A stretch of DNA of 64,000 bases from a virus (IMGVR_UViG_2828467665_000001:7880-71879); one strand, 5' to 3'; counted from the stretch's first letter, positions 18,775 to 29,056 are shown. Made by a program: numbers and translations. Notes: generated by a model not told the origin, from the sequence alone.

Positions 18775-19404
18775 GTGGGCAGGAAGACTCGTAGAAGGCA
18801 GGCGAAGCGCACGCCATCCGGCGCCATCTCGCGCGCCGGTATCAACCAAGACCAGCGCGCCACAGTGCTCGCGCAGCCGCATCGTCGCTGGCTTCCGGAG
18901 ACCGCTCGCAAAGACCAGAGAGCGGAGAGTGCGCTGGGGCGGCTCTATCTTGCAGGGTATCTCACGGAGGGGCAGGTCGTGGCCGGTGAGCGCTGGCGCC
19001 GGTTGATGGCAGACTATGCGCGAGTGATAGACGCACCGCGGCCAACGTCTGGCGTGCTGGCGCGGATGATCGAGGAGGCGGCAGGCCCTGACACAGAGCC
19101 GCCGCCTGATGATGAGGCGGGTCAGGGCGGGGCAGTGTCGGATGAGGAGTTTCGCGATTTTGTCCTTGAAGCGTTCCGTTCAGCGCGCAATGAGATTGCT
19201 GCTCGGGACGCCTCGGGCGCGGTGGCGATGTCCATTACGCAGGTCGTTATCGATGACATGGACGTGCGGGATATCACGCACCTGATCGTAGGCCTCCATT
19301 CGCTCGCCACGTTCTGGCGGACGTTCGACGATGGATATCGCCCGATCCGTGCAATTCGAGCGGCTAAGGACGAAAATCCACAGATTCACGACGCGGCCCC
19401 TTGA
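18775..19404 (+). CDS. Putative late-gene regulator
   Basis: Last gene of the replication operon, directly before a promoter/terminator pair; function inferred from position. Confidence 0.55.
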   Translation: MGRKTRRRQAKRTPSGAISRAGINQDQRATVLAQPHRRWLPETARKDQRAESALGRLYLAGYLTEGQVVAGERWRRLMADYARVIDAPRPTSGVLARMIEEAAGPDTEPPPDDEAGQGGAVSDEEFRDFVLEAFRSARNEIAARDASGAVAMSITQVVIDDMDVRDITHLIVGLHSLATFWRTFDDGYRPIRAIRAAKDENPQIHDAAP

Positions 19405-19457
19405 CGTTCGTGATTCGTTGTGCGATGTTTAGCGCACGATAGGTAGTGTGGACGAAT

Positions 19458-19487
19458 AACGCTCGGGCTGTGGCTCGGGCGTTTTTG
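19458..19487 (+). terminator. Intrinsic terminator after the putative late promoter (TTGACG at 19401)
   Basis: AACGCTCGGGC-TGTG-GCTCGGGCGTT-TTT. Confidence 0.6.
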
Positions 19488-19632
19488 CGTTCATGGCCCC
19501 ACTCGCGAGGCCGCCATGTCCCGAAACATTCTGATCGAACTTGCCGCGCCATATGCCATGGCGGCGCAGGTTGCGTTCTGTCCGGCGCTATTCTGGTGCT
19601 GGCTGTTCCCCTCCCGTTGAAACACGGAGTCT

Positions 19633-19939
19633 ATGATGTCTGAAGGTGCATTTGCCGGTAGCATCACATTCACCACCGACGATGAAGGCAATCGGCGGGT
19701 GGCATTCACGCTCAGCCAGCCCGCCTCGTTCAGCGCCACTGAGGTGCTGGAGAGCGAGGACGGTCGCAGCGAGGTCAGCATCGACATCGTGCCCCCCGGA
19801 TGTCACGGAGCCGCATTTCATCGAGTGCGATGACGGCGATGAGGGCGAGGAGCTGGAATTCTGCGAGGGCGTCGAGCCCGGCGCCGGTGACGATCTCCCG
19901 CTTGCGGCGGAGGGGCGTATCCATGTCGTGCAGCACTGA
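19633..19939 (+). pseudogene. Acidic small protein, apparently frameshifted at a C6 run
   Basis: Two overlapping acidic frames join if one C at 19792-19797 is removed. Confidence 0.45.
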
Positions 19940-20105
19940 GGCACTTGCCAACAAAGCCGAGCGCCGCCGTGTCGAGGCGCTCATGGCCGCTGTAGAGGTG
20001 GCCGGCTGGCAGCGCTCCGTCAGCGAGCCTGAGGAGATCATCGACATTGCTCGGGAGTTCGTGGGGTTCCTCCGCGGTGACGATGAGGACGCCCACGATG
20101 AATGA
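19923..20105 (+). CDS. Hypothetical protein
   Basis: R.EAL..A...A.EF..FL small phage motif; RBS. Confidence 0.6.
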   Translation: MSCSTEALANKAERRRVEALMAAVEVAGWQRSVSEPEEIIDIAREFVGFLRGDDEDAHDE

Positions 20106-20232
20106 CGTGCTGGCTTTCCTCAACAGCCTGTTCTCGGTGGTGGCCGGCCTGTCGCTGGTTTTGTTCGGTCTCTCATGGCTGACGCTGCTGCCGAGCCTCG
20201 GCTTGGCATGGGCGATGGGCTGGATCCAATGA
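20098..20232 (+). CDS. Small membrane protein
   Basis: 44 aa, hydrophobic; RBS GAGG. Confidence 0.5.
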   Translation: MNDVLAFLNSLFSVVAGLSLVLFGLSWLTLLPSLGLAWAMGWIQ

Positions 20233-20339
20233 TGTTGGCGGGCCGGCTGTCTACCGGTGCCGCCTTGAAATCCTGCCAATAGCAGGCGGCTGCATGATCG
20301 GCGGTCGGCGAGCGGGCCTCGGTTACGCTCGCAGTCAAT

Positions 20340-20537
20340 TCATCGCGCCTTGTACGGCTCCATCAGATGGACCAGTGCTCGGCATGCAAGGGCAGTGCGA
20401 CGGTCGGCGCCGCGTTGTTTCATTGCCGCAATCGAGTTCGGGTGCATGCCCAATAGCCGGGCGCATTCGGCGTCTATAGCGGCAATGCGCTTCGCCTTCA
20501 TGTCGGCGACCCATGCGGACACGTCTGCGGGCGTCAT
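20340..20537 (-). CDS. Small HTH-like protein
   Basis: MTPAD..W....ECARLLG...ALAC.AL pattern. Confidence 0.6.
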   Translation of the reverse strand: MTPADVSAWVADMKAKRIAAIDAECARLLGMHPNSIAAMKQRGADRRTALACRALVHLMEPYKAR

Positions 20538-20681
20538 CGTGGGGGTGGCATCGGGCGCGGTCAAATCACAGTTCCTGTGGCTCCGTTGACTATAGAGGCA
20601 CAGTATCACAGTCGCTGGTGGTGACCGCCGTTTTTTGCTGCTCGGCGCGCGCTGGGCGGCTTTTCTGTATGAGGATATGAG

Positions 20682-21059
20682 ATGACTGATCGTCGCTATC
20701 AGGCGCTGGAACTGGCCATCAGGGCGGGAAGCCCGGAGCGCGCTGATGAGTTTTATCGCTGGCTGGAAACTGGTCGGTGGGGCGATGAGGCCCCGGCTGC
20801 CGTACTCTTCGCCGGTGTGGTGACAGATGGGAAGGTGCTGGTCGCCTATCAGGCGCTGCCTTGGGGGCACGCTTGGCCAGAGTATCTAGTTAATACGGAT
20901 GGCGACCGCGTCTCGTTTGTCGTCGATCGAGACGGCGATTGGCCTTATGCCAGGGTTGATGAGGGCGTCACCGGGCCGCTGTGGGGCGTGTACCTGCGCA
21001 AGGTGCAGTATGACCCGGTTACGGTCGAGGATATCGCTTCGGATGCCACGGCATCCTGA
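20682..21059 (+). CDS. Hypothetical protein
   Basis: RBS GAGGA; N-terminus resembles 19923-20105. Confidence 0.65.
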   Translation: MTDRRYQALELAIRAGSPERADEFYRWLETGRWGDEAPAAVLFAGVVTDGKVLVAYQALPWGHAWPEYLVNTDGDRVSFVVDRDGDWPYARVDEGVTGPLWGVYLRKVQYDPVTVEDIASDATAS

Positions 21060-21107
21060 CCGCTGTTGGCGCCAAACTGATGCCAGTGGCGATGGAGGGT
21101 TAAAGAG

Positions 21108-21674
21108 ATGGCGCTGACACCAAGGCAGGGCCGTTTCGTCGACGAATACATGAAAAGCCTGAATGCGACGCAGGCTGCGATCAGGGCGGGCTACAGCGCG
21201 AAGACGGCAGACGTCCAAGGGCCGCAGTTGCTTCGGAAAACTTCGGTTGCGAATGAGTTGGCGAAACGTCAGGGCCGGCTTGCTGCGAAGACGGAAATCA
21301 CCAAGGACCGAATTGTCGCTGAACTTGCGAAGCTAGCATTTTACGATGTCCGCAAGGCAGTGAAGTGGGGGCCGGGCGAGTACGAAAAGGCGCTCGATGA
21401 CGGCACGGTAGCGCGGTCATCTGGCGTGCTGCTGATCGACAGCGATGACCTGGATGCCGAGACGGCGGCGGCGATTTCCGAGGTCGGGAACACCCGAGAC
21501 GGCGTGAAGATCAAGTTCCACGACAAGCGCGGTGCTCTGGTCGATCTGGCGAAGATGCTCGGGATGTACGACGGCGGGAAGGACGACGATGACGACCCTC
21601 CGCCGTTGCACATCAAGATCGACGTGCGGGACGCGGTGAGCGATGTCCGCGTTACCAAGCCTGAGCCTGAGTAA
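21108..21674 (+). CDS. terS: Terminase small subunit
   Basis: LTPRQ.RFV.EY...NATQAAIRAGYS. Confidence 0.93.
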   Translation: MALTPRQGRFVDEYMKSLNATQAAIRAGYSAKTADVQGPQLLRKTSVANELAKRQGRLAAKTEITKDRIVAELAKLAFYDVRKAVKWGPGEYEKALDDGTVARSSGVLLIDSDDLDAETAAAISEVGNTRDGVKIKFHDKRGALVDLAKMLGMYDGGKDDDDDPPPLHIKIDVRDAVSDVRVTKPEPE

Positions 21675-22923
21675 GCCGCAAGCGATCTTTCTGAAGGGGC
21701 TCGATACCAAGTTCAGGGCGTATGTCGGCGGGTTCGGGTCCGGCAAGACAATGGTCGGCTGCATCGACCTGTTGCTGTTCGCCGGAGAACACCCCGGAAC
21801 GGTGCAGGGATATTTCGCCCCGACATATCGAGACATCCGGGACACGTTCTGGCCGACTCTGGAAGAGGCCGCAGAGATGATCGGCTTCCGGCTGTCCGTC
21901 CGGAAGGCCGACAAGGAGGTCCATCTCTACCGAGGTCGGGTATATTACGGCCTAATCATCTGCCGGTCGATGGATGAGCCGGGCAGTATCGTCGGGTTCA
22001 AGATCGCCCGCGCTCTCGTCGATGAGATCGATGTGATGCCGACCGACAAGGCGCTGACTGCGTGGCGTAAGATCATCGCTCGCATGCGGCTCGTCATTCC
22101 GGGTGTTGTGAATGGCATCGGCGTGACGACGACGCCGGAGGGGTTCAAGTTCGTCTATCAGACGTTTGCGTCCGGTAGTCGGCGCGACTATTCGATGGTG
22201 CAGGCGAGCACCTACGAGAATGCGCGGTTTCTGCCGCCCGACTATATCCAGTCGCTGAGGGATAGTTACACCGAGGAATTGATTTCCGCCTATCTGATGG
22301 GCGGGTTCGTCAACCTCACCAGCGGGACGGTCTATCGGAACTACAACCGGGTGTTGCGCCGGTCGACGGAAACGATACGAGACGGCGAGGACCTCCATAT
22401 CGGGCAGGACTTCAACGTCGGCAATATGGCATCGGTCGTTTATGTAGAGAGGCCGGTCGGCGAAAGGCCTGGCTGGCATGCTGTGGGCGAACTGACAGGG
22501 GTTCTGGATACGCCCGATCTGATTGCGGCGATCAACGCGAAGTGGCAGGGGCACAAGATTCACATCTACCCAGACGCCACTGGCAAGAGCCGTAAGACGG
22601 TTGATGCTTCGCTATCGGACATCGCGCTGCTGAGGCAGGCGAGGTACGTGGTCCATGCACGAGACAGCAACCCGGCAGTTAAAGACAGGATCAACGCAGT
22701 CAACACTGGCTACGCGAAAGGCCGGCTGTGGCTGAACGACAAGGCTTGCCCTCGATATGCGGAGGCGCAGGAGCAGCAAGCCTATGACAAGAACGGAATG
22801 CCGGACAAGACAACGGGCCACGATCACCTGAATGATGCAGGTGGGTATGTGGTGAATTGGGTTATGCCGGTAGTGAAACCCGGTGTTGTGCCCGTGGTCG
22901 GCAGCTACTCAATCAGGCGGTGA
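21643..22923 (+). CDS. terL: Terminase large subunit
   Basis: GGFGSGKT, VDEID, TTTPEG, GQDFN, DH.NDA.GY. Confidence 0.95.
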   Translation: MSALPSLSLSKPQAIFLKGLDTKFRAYVGGFGSGKTMVGCIDLLLFAGEHPGTVQGYFAPTYRDIRDTFWPTLEEAAEMIGFRLSVRKADKEVHLYRGRVYYGLIICRSMDEPGSIVGFKIARALVDEIDVMPTDKALTAWRKIIARMRLVIPGVVNGIGVTTTPEGFKFVYQTFASGSRRDYSMVQASTYENARFLPPDYIQSLRDSYTEELISAYLMGGFVNLTSGTVYRNYNRVLRRSTETIRDGEDLHIGQDFNVGNMASVVYVERPVGERPGWHAVGELTGVLDTPDLIAAINAKWQGHKIHIYPDATGKSRKTVDASLSDIALLRQARYVVHARDSNPAVKDRINAVNTGYAKGRLWLNDKACPRYAEAQEQQAYDKNGMPDKTTGHDHLNDAGGYVVNWVMPVVKPGVVPVVGSYSIRR

Positions 22924-22927
22924 GACG

Positions 22928-24376
22928 ATGGCAGTCAACACGGATAACCCGGCGGCGCCGTCCTCGGCCTATGAGGCCATGCGTCCCGCGTGGGAGCTGG
23001 TCGACGATATCCGCGCCGGAATCGATCGGGTCCGCGCGGCGGGGAAGCGCCATCTGCCGCAGTACGAGGAAGAGGACGAGGCGGAGTATCGCCGCCGGTT
23101 GAGCACGGCACCGTGGCGGCCGGAGTTCAACGACGCGCTACGATCGCTCGTGTCCAAGCCGTTCAGCAAGGATGTCGCGCTTCAGGGTAGCATCTCGCAG
23201 CGGATCGCAGACATCGCCGAGGACGTCGATACGCGCGGCAACAGCCTGACGGTGTTCGCACGGTCACTGTTTGAGGGTGGGATTGCTGACGGAATGGGCG
23301 CCATCCTCGTCGATTATCCGCAGGTCGGTGACGGTATCACGCTGGCGCAGGAGAGGGCATCTGGCGCACGGCCCTATTGGGTGAGCATCCCTGCTCGCAG
23401 CCTGATTGCGGTCTATACTGACATCATCGATGGCAAGGAGACGGTGACGCATGCGCGCATTCGCGAGCGATCCGTCGAGCGTGAAGGCTTCGGCGAGAAG
23501 ACGATTGACCGCGTCCGCGTGCTGGAGCCGGGCCGGTGGGAGCTGTGGCAGGCCGAGACAACGGGCGCTGCGGGACCGGGATACACGTCCGCACTGACCA
23601 AGGTGGCGGAAGGCCGGTCGTCGCTTGGGTATGTCCCGCTGGTGCTCTACTACGTCGGCGAGCGGGATGGTGCGCAGATTGTGCGCCCCCCGCTGATCGA
23701 TCTGGCACACATGCAGATCGAGTTGTATCAGGCCATGTCCCGCAAGGACGAGGTGCTGACGTTCGCGGCGTCTCCGATGCTTTGCGGATCAGGGTTCGTG
23801 CTGGAGGGCGATCAGAGGATCCCTGTCGGGCCGAAACGGGTGCTTTATGCCCCGCCGGACGCTGGGGGATCACCCACTTCGTGGAGCTACATCAGCCCCG
23901 ACGCGGCGAACATCGGCCAAATTCGCGAGGACATCCGCGACCTGATTGCCGACATGCGCCGGTTGGGCATGCAGCCGCTTACGCAACAGGCAGGCGGCAT
24001 CACGGCGACGGCGACCAGCGTGGAGTCGGCAAAGGCGCATAGCGCATTGCAGACGTGGGCCGTGGGGCTGAAGGACGCGCTCGAACAGGCGCTAGCGATC
24101 ACGGCGGACTGGCTGGGCGAGAAGATTGAGGCCGAGGTGTTCGTCGATACCGATTTCGTGGTCGGGTCGGGCGACAGCCAGGAGTTGACGACGCTGCAAT
24201 CGGCTCGCACCTCGCGCGACATCTCGCGTGATACGTATTGGGATGAGCTGCGCCGTCGAGGCATCCTCGGGCCGCAGTTCGACAAGGCGGTCGAGGCCGA
24301 TCGATTGGCTAAGGACGATGAGCGAGTGGAACTAACCGGCGATCCGTTAGAGCTTGAGGGCGCCAAGAATGGCTGA
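22928..24376 (+). CDS. Portal protein (DUF4055-like)
   Basis: Follows terL; size and HLP...E..EY.RRL, PPLIDLA motifs. Confidence 0.88.
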   Translation: MAVNTDNPAAPSSAYEAMRPAWELVDDIRAGIDRVRAAGKRHLPQYEEEDEAEYRRRLSTAPWRPEFNDALRSLVSKPFSKDVALQGSISQRIADIAEDVDTRGNSLTVFARSLFEGGIADGMGAILVDYPQVGDGITLAQERASGARPYWVSIPARSLIAVYTDIIDGKETVTHARIRERSVEREGFGEKTIDRVRVLEPGRWELWQAETTGAAGPGYTSALTKVAEGRSSLGYVPLVLYYVGERDGAQIVRPPLIDLAHMQIELYQAMSRKDEVLTFAASPMLCGSGFVLEGDQRIPVGPKRVLYAPPDAGGSPTSWSYISPDAANIGQIREDIRDLIADMRRLGMQPLTQQAGGITATATSVESAKAHSALQTWAVGLKDALEQALAITADWLGEKIEAEVFVDTDFVVGSGDSQELTTLQSARTSRDISRDTYWDELRRRGILGPQFDKAVEADRLAKDDERVELTGDPLELEGAKNG

Positions 24377-25469
24377 ATCGGTCAGCGCCAACGAGCAGTT
24401 GTTCGACATCTTCACGGCCCACGCCATTGACCTGTTGAGGCTGGAGGCGCACGAGCGCAAGAAGGTGCTGGCGTTCCTGAATGAGTTGGAAGGCGAGATC
24501 GTCGCACAACTGGCGAAGATCGACCCGACTGGCGTGGCTCGCGCCCGGTACCAGCAAGAGCGGCTGGAGAAGCTGCTGGAGCAGGTACAGGAGACGGTGC
24601 GAACGGCCTACCGGGACGTCAACAAGTACATGGTCGGCGAGTTGATAGACCTTGCCGATTATGAGGCCGCGTTCGTCGCGTCGTCCATGAACACGGTGAT
24701 CGGCGTCGAGATGGCGACGGCCGCCTTCACCAATGCCCAACTGCGCGGCATCGTCAACGGCGTGCTGATCGAAGGCGCGCCCATCACGGAATGGTGGTCA
24801 CGGCAGGCTGGCGACACCTATCAGCGGTTCATGGACACCATGCGGCAGGGCATGGCGCTGGGCGAGACGAATGCCGATCTGGTGCGCCGGGTGAGGGGCG
24901 GCACGAAGAGCGGCGAGCCGGTCAAGGGCTTCATGGACATCTCGCGCCGGAACGCCGAGACGCTGGTGATATCGAGCGTCAACAGCGTGGCGAACTCGGC
25001 GCGCGAAGAGATGTACAGCGACAACAGCGACCTGATCAAAGGGAAGGTCTGGCGAAGCACCCTCGATCATCGCACCACGACGTTGTGCAAGGCGAGGGAT
25101 AAACTTCAGTACACGCTCGACAATAAGCCGATAGGACATAACATCCCATGGCTTCAGGGGCCGGGTAAAATTCACATGCGCTGCCGAAGTACTTCTACGC
25201 CTCTGCTTAGAGCGTGGCGCGAGCTAGGTGTGGACATGGACGAGGTGCCGGAAAGTACGCGCTCGTCGATGGATGGGCAGGTGCCTGCTGGCATGAATTA
25301 CGAGGAATGGCTGAAGACGAAGCCCGCCGCGTTTCAGGACGAAACGCTCGGTCGCGGCAAAGCTCGCCTGTGGCGCGCCGGCAAGATCAACTTTCACGAC
25401 CTGATCGACCAGACGGGCAGGGAGCGTTCGTTGGGCGAGCTTCGAGAGATTTCGAGGGGTCAAAAGTAG
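24369..25469 (+). CDS. Minor head protein (SPP1 gp7 / Mu F-like)
   Basis: W.STLD.RTT..C..RD, H.RCRS, YEEWL. Confidence 0.9.
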   Translation: MAESVSANEQLFDIFTAHAIDLLRLEAHERKKVLAFLNELEGEIVAQLAKIDPTGVARARYQQERLEKLLEQVQETVRTAYRDVNKYMVGELIDLADYEAAFVASSMNTVIGVEMATAAFTNAQLRGIVNGVLIEGAPITEWWSRQAGDTYQRFMDTMRQGMALGETNADLVRRVRGGTKSGEPVKGFMDISRRNAETLVISSVNSVANSAREEMYSDNSDLIKGKVWRSTLDHRTTTLCKARDKLQYTLDNKPIGHNIPWLQGPGKIHMRCRSTSTPLLRAWRELGVDMDEVPESTRSSMDGQVPAGMNYEEWLKTKPAAFQDETLGRGKARLWRAGKINFHDLIDQTGRERSLGELREISRGQK

Positions 25470-25470
25470 C

Positions 25471-26436
25471 ATGGCGCTCAAGATCGCATTTGTCGCGCAC
25501 GGCGTTTGGCCGTTTTTGAAAGCCGGTAGCGAGACGATGATGCACGGGCTCGCGCGGTCGCTGCATGATGGAGGGCACAATGTTGTCACGCTAGGTGTCC
25601 GAGACACGCCCGGTTCGGTTGTGTTGGATGGGGTTACTGTTCTCAGTGGGGGCGAGGCGCGCAGGCGGTGGAGGCTAGGCAGGTTCGACGTTGTGATCAC
25701 GCATCATTCCGAGAGCCTCCGCGTTATTCCGGCCGCGCGATCGCGTGGGATTAAGTCGACGCTCCTGGTCCACAGTGACGAAGACCATATCAGCCGCCAG
25801 ATTGAGGCGTCACCCGACCTTGTCGTCTACAACACGAAGTGGGTGCGTGAGGCATTCGGCGTTCCGGGAATGGTCGTTCATCCGCCGGTGCGCCCAGAGG
25901 ACCACGCCACAACGCCGGGCGATGCAGTCACGCTGGTGAATCTCAATCGGGACAAGGGCGCGGAAGTGTTCTACGAGCTGGCGCGTCGCCTGCCAGACGT
26001 GCAATTCATCGGTGTGCGCGGCGGGCACGGCGCGCAGATTACCCGGCCGGGGCCGAATGTCACGATCCTTGACGGCACAGCGGACATGAAGCGCAACGTC
26101 TGGTCGCGGACGTCGATCTTGCTCATGCCATCGCTGCATGAGAGCTATGGACTGGCCGGCATGGAGGCGATGGCGTCTGGCATCCCGGTCATCGCCAACC
26201 CAACGGCAGGGCTCTGCGAGGCCCTTGGCGATGCAGGCGTCTTCATCGACCGCGAGGACGTCGACGGTTATGAAGCGCAGCTGCGTCTGCTGCTGGCAAA
26301 TCCGGATCGCATGAAACTGGCGCGAGATGCCGCGAAGGCTCGCGTGGGAAGGTTGAGCACCGGGCACGAGCTAGCGGCATTCGTGGACGCCATCGAGCGC
26401 CTCGCTGCTGGAGAGAAACAGGCCGCCGCAGCCTGA
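25471..26436 (+). CDS. Glycosyltransferase family 4 (GT-B)
   Basis: LLMPS..ESYGLAGMEAMASGIPVI (E-x7-E), AGSE N-terminal loop. Confidence 0.9.
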   Translation: MALKIAFVAHGVWPFLKAGSETMMHGLARSLHDGGHNVVTLGVRDTPGSVVLDGVTVLSGGEARRRWRLGRFDVVITHHSESLRVIPAARSRGIKSTLLVHSDEDHISRQIEASPDLVVYNTKWVREAFGVPGMVVHPPVRPEDHATTPGDAVTLVNLNRDKGAEVFYELARRLPDVQFIGVRGGHGAQITRPGPNVTILDGTADMKRNVWSRTSILLMPSLHESYGLAGMEAMASGIPVIANPTAGLCEALGDAGVFIDREDVDGYEAQLRLLLANPDRMKLARDAAKARVGRLSTGHELAAFVDAIERLAAGEKQAAAA

Positions 26437-26476
26437 GCGATCGGCAGGGCTGCCGAGCATCAAACGCGGATTAACC

Positions 26477-26500
26477 GGCTCGCTTTCGCGGGCCTTTTTT
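26477..26500 (+). terminator. Intrinsic terminator
   Basis: GGCTCGC-TTTC-GCGGGCC plus T run. Confidence 0.75.
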
Positions 26501-26540
26501 ATTGCGTCGGGACGGCGCGTAATCCGGGATGGATATAGAA

Positions 26541-27323
26541 ATGGCTTTGAAAGCGATCGTCGATAACCTCGATGGCGTGCCGGAAGGTGCGCGCGATTTT
26601 TACACGGCGGGCGAGGACGGGAAGTTCACGCTGGCTGTTGAACCTGTTGGCGGCTGGGCGCTCGAAGACGTCGAGGGGCTGAAAAGCGCCCTCGGCAAAG
26701 AGCGCGGCGAAAACGACAGGCTGAAGAAGCAGATCACAAAGTTCGGCGATATCGACGTTGACAGAGCGCGGGAGGCGCTGAGCCACTACGAGCAGTTCAA
26801 GGATATCGACCCGAAGAAGGAGGCCGACAAGATCGCGCAGGCGAAGGTCGAGGCGTTGCAAAAGCAGCTGCTCGACAAGCACGCACAGGAAGTCGCGGGC
26901 AAGGATGAGCGGATTGGCAACCTCTACAAGCAGGTCGAATATCTGCTCGTGGATCAGGTTGCTACCGCCGCCATCGCCGAGGCCAAGGGCTCCGTGGAAC
27001 TGCTTCTGCCGCATGTCCGCCAGTTCACCCGCGTGAAGGAGGCGGAAGGCAAGTTTTCTGTCGAGATCGTCGACCGCGAGGGCAACCCACGCATCTCGAA
27101 TGCTAAGGGTGATCCGCTGGATATCAAGGGTTTCGTCGCCGAGCTTCGCTCGTCCGACGTTTTCGGCCGGGCCTTCGATGGCACCGGAATTACTGGCGGT
27201 GGGACACCGCCGAATCTGAACGGAGGGGGAGCCTCCCTGAACCGCAGCAAGATGACCGCGCAGCAGAAGTCAGAGTACATCGCGAAACACGGTCAGTCTG
27301 CATTCTTGAAATTGCCGAAGTAA
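26541..27323 (+). CDS. Capsid scaffolding protein
   Basis: GLKSALGKER, C-terminal RSKMT..QK..YI..HG...FLKLP; precedes the capsid gene. Confidence 0.85.
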   Translation: MALKAIVDNLDGVPEGARDFYTAGEDGKFTLAVEPVGGWALEDVEGLKSALGKERGENDRLKKQITKFGDIDVDRAREALSHYEQFKDIDPKKEADKIAQAKVEALQKQLLDKHAQEVAGKDERIGNLYKQVEYLLVDQVATAAIAEAKGSVELLLPHVRQFTRVKEAEGKFSVEIVDREGNPRISNAKGDPLDIKGFVAELRSSDVFGRAFDGTGITGGGTPPNLNGGGASLNRSKMTAQQKSEYIAKHGQSAFLKLPK

Positions 27324-27335
27324 GGGAGCTTCCCA

Positions 27336-28313
27336 ATGGCAACCACTGTGAATAGCGACCTGATCATTTACAACGATCTGGCGCAGACCGCCTATCTTGA
27401 GCGTATGCAGGACGTGCTCCAGGTCTTCAACGAGGCCTCTCGCGGCGCGTTCGTCCTGACCAACGAGAGCATCGAGGGTGATTTCAAGCGCCGCAGCCTC
27501 TACGAGATTGCGGGCGGGCTGGAGCACCGCAATGTCAACAGCACCGCCGGGGTCGGCCAGAAGAACATCGGCGCCGGCGAGGCCATCGGTGTGAAGGTGC
27601 CGTGGAAGTACGGCCCTTACAGCACGACTGAGGAAGCATTCAAGCGCCGCGTGCGCTCTCTGGATGAGTTTTCGGAGGTCGTAGGGCAACACGCCGCTGA
27701 CGAGACGTTGGCGTACTACATCAAGGCCGCTACGGCCGCGCTGGAAGCGGCCATCAGCACCAACCCGAACCTTGTGGTCTCTGGGAGCTTCTTCAATGAA
27801 GGGAAGAAGGTGCTGACCAAGGGACTGCGCAAGTTCGGTGACCGCTTCGGCCGCGTCGCCATTTTCGCGATGGACGCGAACACCTACTTTGACCTGGTGG
27901 ACGATTCCATCGACGCGAAGGTGTTCAACGAGGCCGACGTGGTCATCTACGGCGGCCAGCCGGGCACGCTCGGCAAGCCAGTTCTGGTGTCCGACCAGCT
28001 CCCGCCTGACGCGATTTTCGGCCTTCAGGCCGGGGCCGTGTCCATCATCGAGTCACAGCCTCCCGGGTTCCGGTCCTTCGAGATCAACGACCTGGAGAAC
28101 CTCGCGTACGGCTACCGTGCTGAAGGCGTCTTCAACCTCGAAGTGCTGGGCTACTCGTGGAACGCGGACGGCGCTGGCGGTTCCGCGCCGGCCCCGGCTA
28201 ACCCGAACCTGACCCAGATCGGGACGTCGGCGAACTGGGTGCAGTACGCCAATTCCGACAAGGTGACGGCCGGCGTTCTGATCGAGATCACCGGTTCAGC
28301 GCCGAACACCTGA
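27336..28313 (+). CDS. Major capsid protein
   Basis: 325 aa after scaffold; GTLGKPVLVSD; strong codon bias. Confidence 0.9.
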   Translation: MATTVNSDLIIYNDLAQTAYLERMQDVLQVFNEASRGAFVLTNESIEGDFKRRSLYEIAGGLEHRNVNSTAGVGQKNIGAGEAIGVKVPWKYGPYSTTEEAFKRRVRSLDEFSEVVGQHAADETLAYYIKAATAALEAAISTNPNLVVSGSFFNEGKKVLTKGLRKFGDRFGRVAIFAMDANTYFDLVDDSIDAKVFNEADVVIYGGQPGTLGKPVLVSDQLPPDAIFGLQAGAVSIIESQPPGFRSFEINDLENLAYGYRAEGVFNLEVLGYSWNADGAGGSAPAPANPNLTQIGTSANWVQYANSDKVTAGVLIEITGSAPNT

Positions 28314-28373
28314 TCTCGTCTCACAACACTGGTGGCGGCCTACGGGCCGCTGCTGCTCCAATGAGGGCACGAT

Positions 28374-28628
28374 ATGCGCATCACGTACACGACGCAAAAG
28401 TCTGGGTTTGTCGCCGGCGAGAACTACGCCAATCCCAGGTTTTTCTCGTCGGTCAATCCTGCGGCGACTGAGGTTGTCGTGGTGGGTGACTGGCCGGCTG
28501 TGGTGGCGGCATATGAGGCCGCTGACGTGCCGGTAACGGCCGCCGGTGCTGCCGCCTTGACTGTCCCGTCTCCGGCCCCACGCGCGCCCCGGCGGCGCTC
28601 CACGAAGAAAGTGAACGCGGATGGCTGA
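28374..28628 (+). CDS. Small head-associated protein
   Basis: YANPRFF..V...ATEVVVVGD.P motif after the capsid gene. Confidence 0.7.
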   Translation: MRITYTTQKSGFVAGENYANPRFFSSVNPAATEVVVVGDWPAVVAAYEAADVPVTAAGAAALTVPSPAPRAPRRRSTKKVNADG

Positions 28629-28830
28629 GACGGTCAACGTCATCGCCCTGAATCGCGGTGAGCGGCTGGCGATAACGAACGCCGACATCATCGGCGGCAT
28701 CGAGGTGTGGCTGGACGATGAGGGCGACGAAACGGACGACGCGGCCGCCGCTGTTGTGGCGATCGTGCGCTGGCCTGACGGCAGTTGGTCGCCGGTCGAT
28801 GTGCGGGATTTCGACGGAGGCGAGCACTGA
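28621..28830 (+). CDS. Hypothetical acidic protein
   Basis: Overlapping start; 69 aa. Confidence 0.6.
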   Translation: MAETVNVIALNRGERLAITNADIIGGIEVWLDDEGDETDDAAAAVVAIVRWPDGSWSPVDVRDFDGGEH

Positions 28831-28831
28831 T

Positions 28832-29056
28832 ATGGGCGAGGTCCACAAGTTTGAGCCCGTCGAGGTTGGGGAGGGCTTCCGTTTCGATGCCGATGAGATC
28901 CTTGAAGACGCCAAAGGGCAGGGCTTCACGAAGATCGCCATTCTCGCTGAGAGACCGGACGGCACAATATGGGTCACTGGTTCGGCGAATGCTGGCGAAA
29001 CGCTGGTGCTCATGGAGCTTGCCAAGCATCAAATCATCTTCGGCGGGGAGGGATGA
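28832..29056 (+). CDS. Hypothetical protein
   Basis: RBS; ADEILE.A...LMELAK pattern. Confidence 0.6.
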   Translation: MGEVHKFEPVEVGEGFRFDADEILEDAKGQGFTKIAILAERPDGTIWVTGSANAGETLVLMELAKHQIIFGGEG

